From the NCBI GenBank assembly GCA_003427395.1, contig BFEA01000031.1, positions 74,003-138,002 on the forward strand: a DNA stretch of 64,000 bases, read 5' to 3'. A program made the translations under genes and the position numbers. The notes beneath the pieces were generated by a model that was not told the DNA's origin, ran no database searches, and saw only the letters and a list, made by a program, of their open reading frames with translations. Below are positions 61,151 through 64,000 of this stretch, in pieces. Origin of the DNA: Chara braunii. Its lineage: Eukaryota > Plantae > Charophyceae. Position 1 is the stretch's first letter, and the number at the start of each line of letters is the position of its first letter.

Positions 61151-61769
61151 ACCAGAGTGGCCGGGGACCACTTACCCAGCCGAGCCAAAAAAAAAAAAGA
61201 AAAAAGAGCTAAGTACGTTCATGTCACCTTTGAGTATCGAATGGGGGAAAAAAACATGTGCGTCGGCAAAGAAAACCGCGCCGAGTTCGAAAAGGCGACA
61301 GAAGTAACGATGGCCGTCAAACCGGGTGTCATATTTATTTACAGGGGTCGGGCGTGGTGTCAGAGGGGAAAACAAAAGAAAAAAGAAAAATGCCCAACGG
61401 ATACTTTTGGAGCGAAATTGCTCATTTCGAGTTGGCACGTGGTTTCTTTGCCGGCGTGAACTTTTTTTGCGTTTAGGATTTCAAAACATGCTGCGTCCGC
61501 CGTTATTTCTTAAAAAACTAAAATTAAAGAAAATTGTATTTTAATTTTAATTTTAATTTTAATTTTAATTTTTATTTTAAATTTGGAAAAGATTTTCGAT
61601 GCAAAGCTGAGGCAAAAGTTGTTCACTTTATTTTTCTGCATAACACAATTTATATTCAGATTTTTTGGCTTTTCTTTTTCTTTTTTTAATGCTGGGACCT
61701 TCTTTGGGCCTTGCACAGCTGGGGGGCCCCGTCAAACAAGGGGACCCGCGTGGCCTGGCTGGTAGCCTA
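61151..61769. mobile_element. MITE, copy 2 (left TIR clipped)
   Basis: Shares the left end ACCAGAGTGGCC..., the CTGAGGCAAAAGTTGTTCA block and the right end CTGGTAGCCTAG with copy 1. Confidence 0.72.
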
Positions 61770-62168
61770 GAATTTTTGCATGTTTGCTTTATTGATTGTG
61801 CTCATGCTTCAGAAGAAGTGCCCTTTCCCTCTACTGCCGTGACTGTCCCCTTCTTTTGCACTGAGAACCAACACAGGAGATTCCACTTCCAACCTGGAAT
61901 TCCAACCCTATTCCCAAAAATCCTTGGCACACCTGATTCAAACTCTGATCGGAAAGCAGCGGTGGGCATGGGGGTTTCTGTTGCAGGGTCTGAGTGGGCA
62001 AGAAGACAACACAGTAAGGAAAGAAACACATGGAAAGAAAAGACCCCGATTTTAAGAGGAAACCTGCAAGGAAGATTCTTTTGAAAAAAAAAAGAAAAGA
62101 AAAGAAAAGAAAAGGACATTCTCTGTGTTATAACTTATAAGATGTATNNNNNNNNNNNTTTTTTTAAA

Positions 62169-62222
62169 GCTCCAATCTATTGGTGGGGAGCCTCACCTGC
62201 TGGAAAGCGGGTCCAGCGTCCC
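62169..62222 (+). repeat. Dispersed ~54-bp double-hairpin motif (other copies 38514-38566 plus, 63637-63688 minus)
   Basis: GCTCCATCTATTGGTGGGGAGC...TGCTGGAAANCGGGTCCAGCGTCC in three places. Confidence 0.85.
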
Positions 62223-64000
62223 AATTGAACAATTTAGAGAAAATTAGGAAGTAAGTAAGACCTTGGCTGCCAGCATTGACTGCCCCAACGACTTTGGGGG
62301 GTTAACTGCGCAGCTGCTAAGTATAGTCAAATACTTCGGGACAGCAAAGTGTCTCCTGCCTCAACCCATCAGAACAGCATACTACAAACATGGGAATTAT
62401 GAAAATTATGAGAAGACAAGAGAGCTCCAAAGATCGTCCTGAGGTGCTTGATCTGATGAAGCCTTCTCTATCTCCTTGTCCTGATCTTGGGGGTGGGGAT
62501 CTGCTAGGCTGCCCCTTTCCCCGGAGGGGCACTGGGTGAAAGAGGGCTCCCTGCAGATGGTGCGTCTGAAGAGAACTGCAGAGGACTGTGGAGAATCACA
62601 TCTGGGAAATATGACAGTCAGTGGGAAATCCAGTTTTCACCCTTGCAAAATCAGATCTCGTTCATAACCTTCAGTCTCATACTGACTCAGCGAGGGCTAG
62701 TGGGTGAGGCAGGAAGGGATCAGAGAAATCAGCTGGGGAGCGTAACGGAAAGGTTGGTTCTATTGTCGTCCAGTCTTTGAACACCAAGCTATGGTCCCGG
62801 CATTCCACCATCTGTCCCCTGCGCCCACTCCATTCTACCTTTGCTAACCATCCCTCTCTCGTCCCACCCAGCCATTCCGTGCAGAAGGAGGAGACAGCCC
62901 GGTCAACGTCCTTATTCCTTTGGAAGAGATCACACTGTGATTTTCACTGTCTGCCATCTTCGCATTATTTCCGTCTACACCTGCTGTTGGACCTGTTCGA
63001 TCAGTTCTGGTCCCTCTGCCTGTACCCCTTCCAAGACCAGCAGACATCGCTGCCACCACAGTCCCCAGATGACCGCTCTACGGCCTAGTCTATACATGTT
63101 GTCCGCATAAGGGGACATTTCTTGGGTTTGCGGCCAATAACCTATAAGGATGGCCCTCCAGGTCCAGGGCCACGGTAGGTCCGCCACCATTTTCCTCCAG
63201 ATTCTGTCCCACCAACGCCAAGTAAAACGGGCCGTCGGGCATTGCATGAAGATATGTTCAATAGTCTCAGCTCGTCTCTGGGGGGGGGTAGGCCTGCAGG
63301 CATCATGCCATTGGGCACCAGGGCAAGGCCAGGCCTTTCAGTTCCAAGTTAGTATGGTCCACTAGCCAGTCTAGTGTTGGCAGGAACCGGTGCGTGATTT
63401 GCCGTTGAAGAGAAGTGATTTTTGGCCGGTCTGTTTTTGCGCTCTTGGAACCATGGGATAGGTGTGCGGAGGCTACGATCCACGTTCAGGTGTTTGGCCC
63501 ATCTATCCACAATCACGTCTTTCAGCGCATGCTTAGGTCTGAGTAGTCTATAGGTGTCTTAACTGAAAAATTGTGAAGGTGGATCTGCGGTAACGGGGTG
63601 GCCCTGCGGCCTGCTCGCTTCCATGTCCACTCAATAGGACGCTGGACCCGGTTTCCAGCAGGTGCCGCTCCCCACCAATAGATGGAGCAGCCCGACAGAT
63701 AAGCCCTCAATTCGGATGGTTCTCTTACCACCGCCGGAATCGAGGGCTTACGCAACGACTATTTTTCCAAAAAAAAAAAAAAAAAAACGAAAAAAAAAGA
63801 AAAAAAAAAAAGAAAAGGACAGGGAGGTCGTGACAGACGGTTTTGTCAGACTCCCGATGACTCATCAGGAGGCTGAACCCTCGACAGTCTGCAGAATTGC
63901 GTTTTTTTTAACTTTTTTTTTCTTTTTTCTTTTAGCAATCATCCTGTGAAGTCCTGCAGTCCCTTGACGATAAGAGCATCAGCGGGATCGAGGTCTTCAC

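Overview
Eukaryotic, repeat-saturated, gene-free window with assembly gaps. The Gypsy families, the Myb/SANT-type Harbinger proteins and the pervasive C->T decay look like the charophyte alga Chara braunii (inference from familiarity, not a database result). No intact host gene is visible. Contents: (1) two degenerate Ty3/Gypsy chromoviruses (725-4065 minus; 19150-27224 plus) and the chromodomain/PPT/LTR end of a third (6742-8597); (2) a gag-PR-RT Gypsy fragment (54370-58290 minus); (3) nested PIF/Harbinger elements and MITEs; (4) two unusual long-LTR elements. The first (38654-51265, with an inverted partial LTR copy at 4067-6740) has a 6.5-kb LTR, a tRNA-Asp-type PBS, a leader intron and gag only. 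Its LTR contains segments derived from large-subunit rRNA on both strands and an array of seven hairpins sharing a 25-nt motif. The second (~8600-19150) has a tRNA-Arg-like PBS and a leader intron leading into a gapless, stop/start-coupled chain of about six unknown ORFs. Three of those ORFs are paralogues, two with acidic GW/WG tails. These two elements are the best candidates for undescribed biology. All rRNA comparisons were made by eye against remembered plant 25S consensus and need a covariance-model search.
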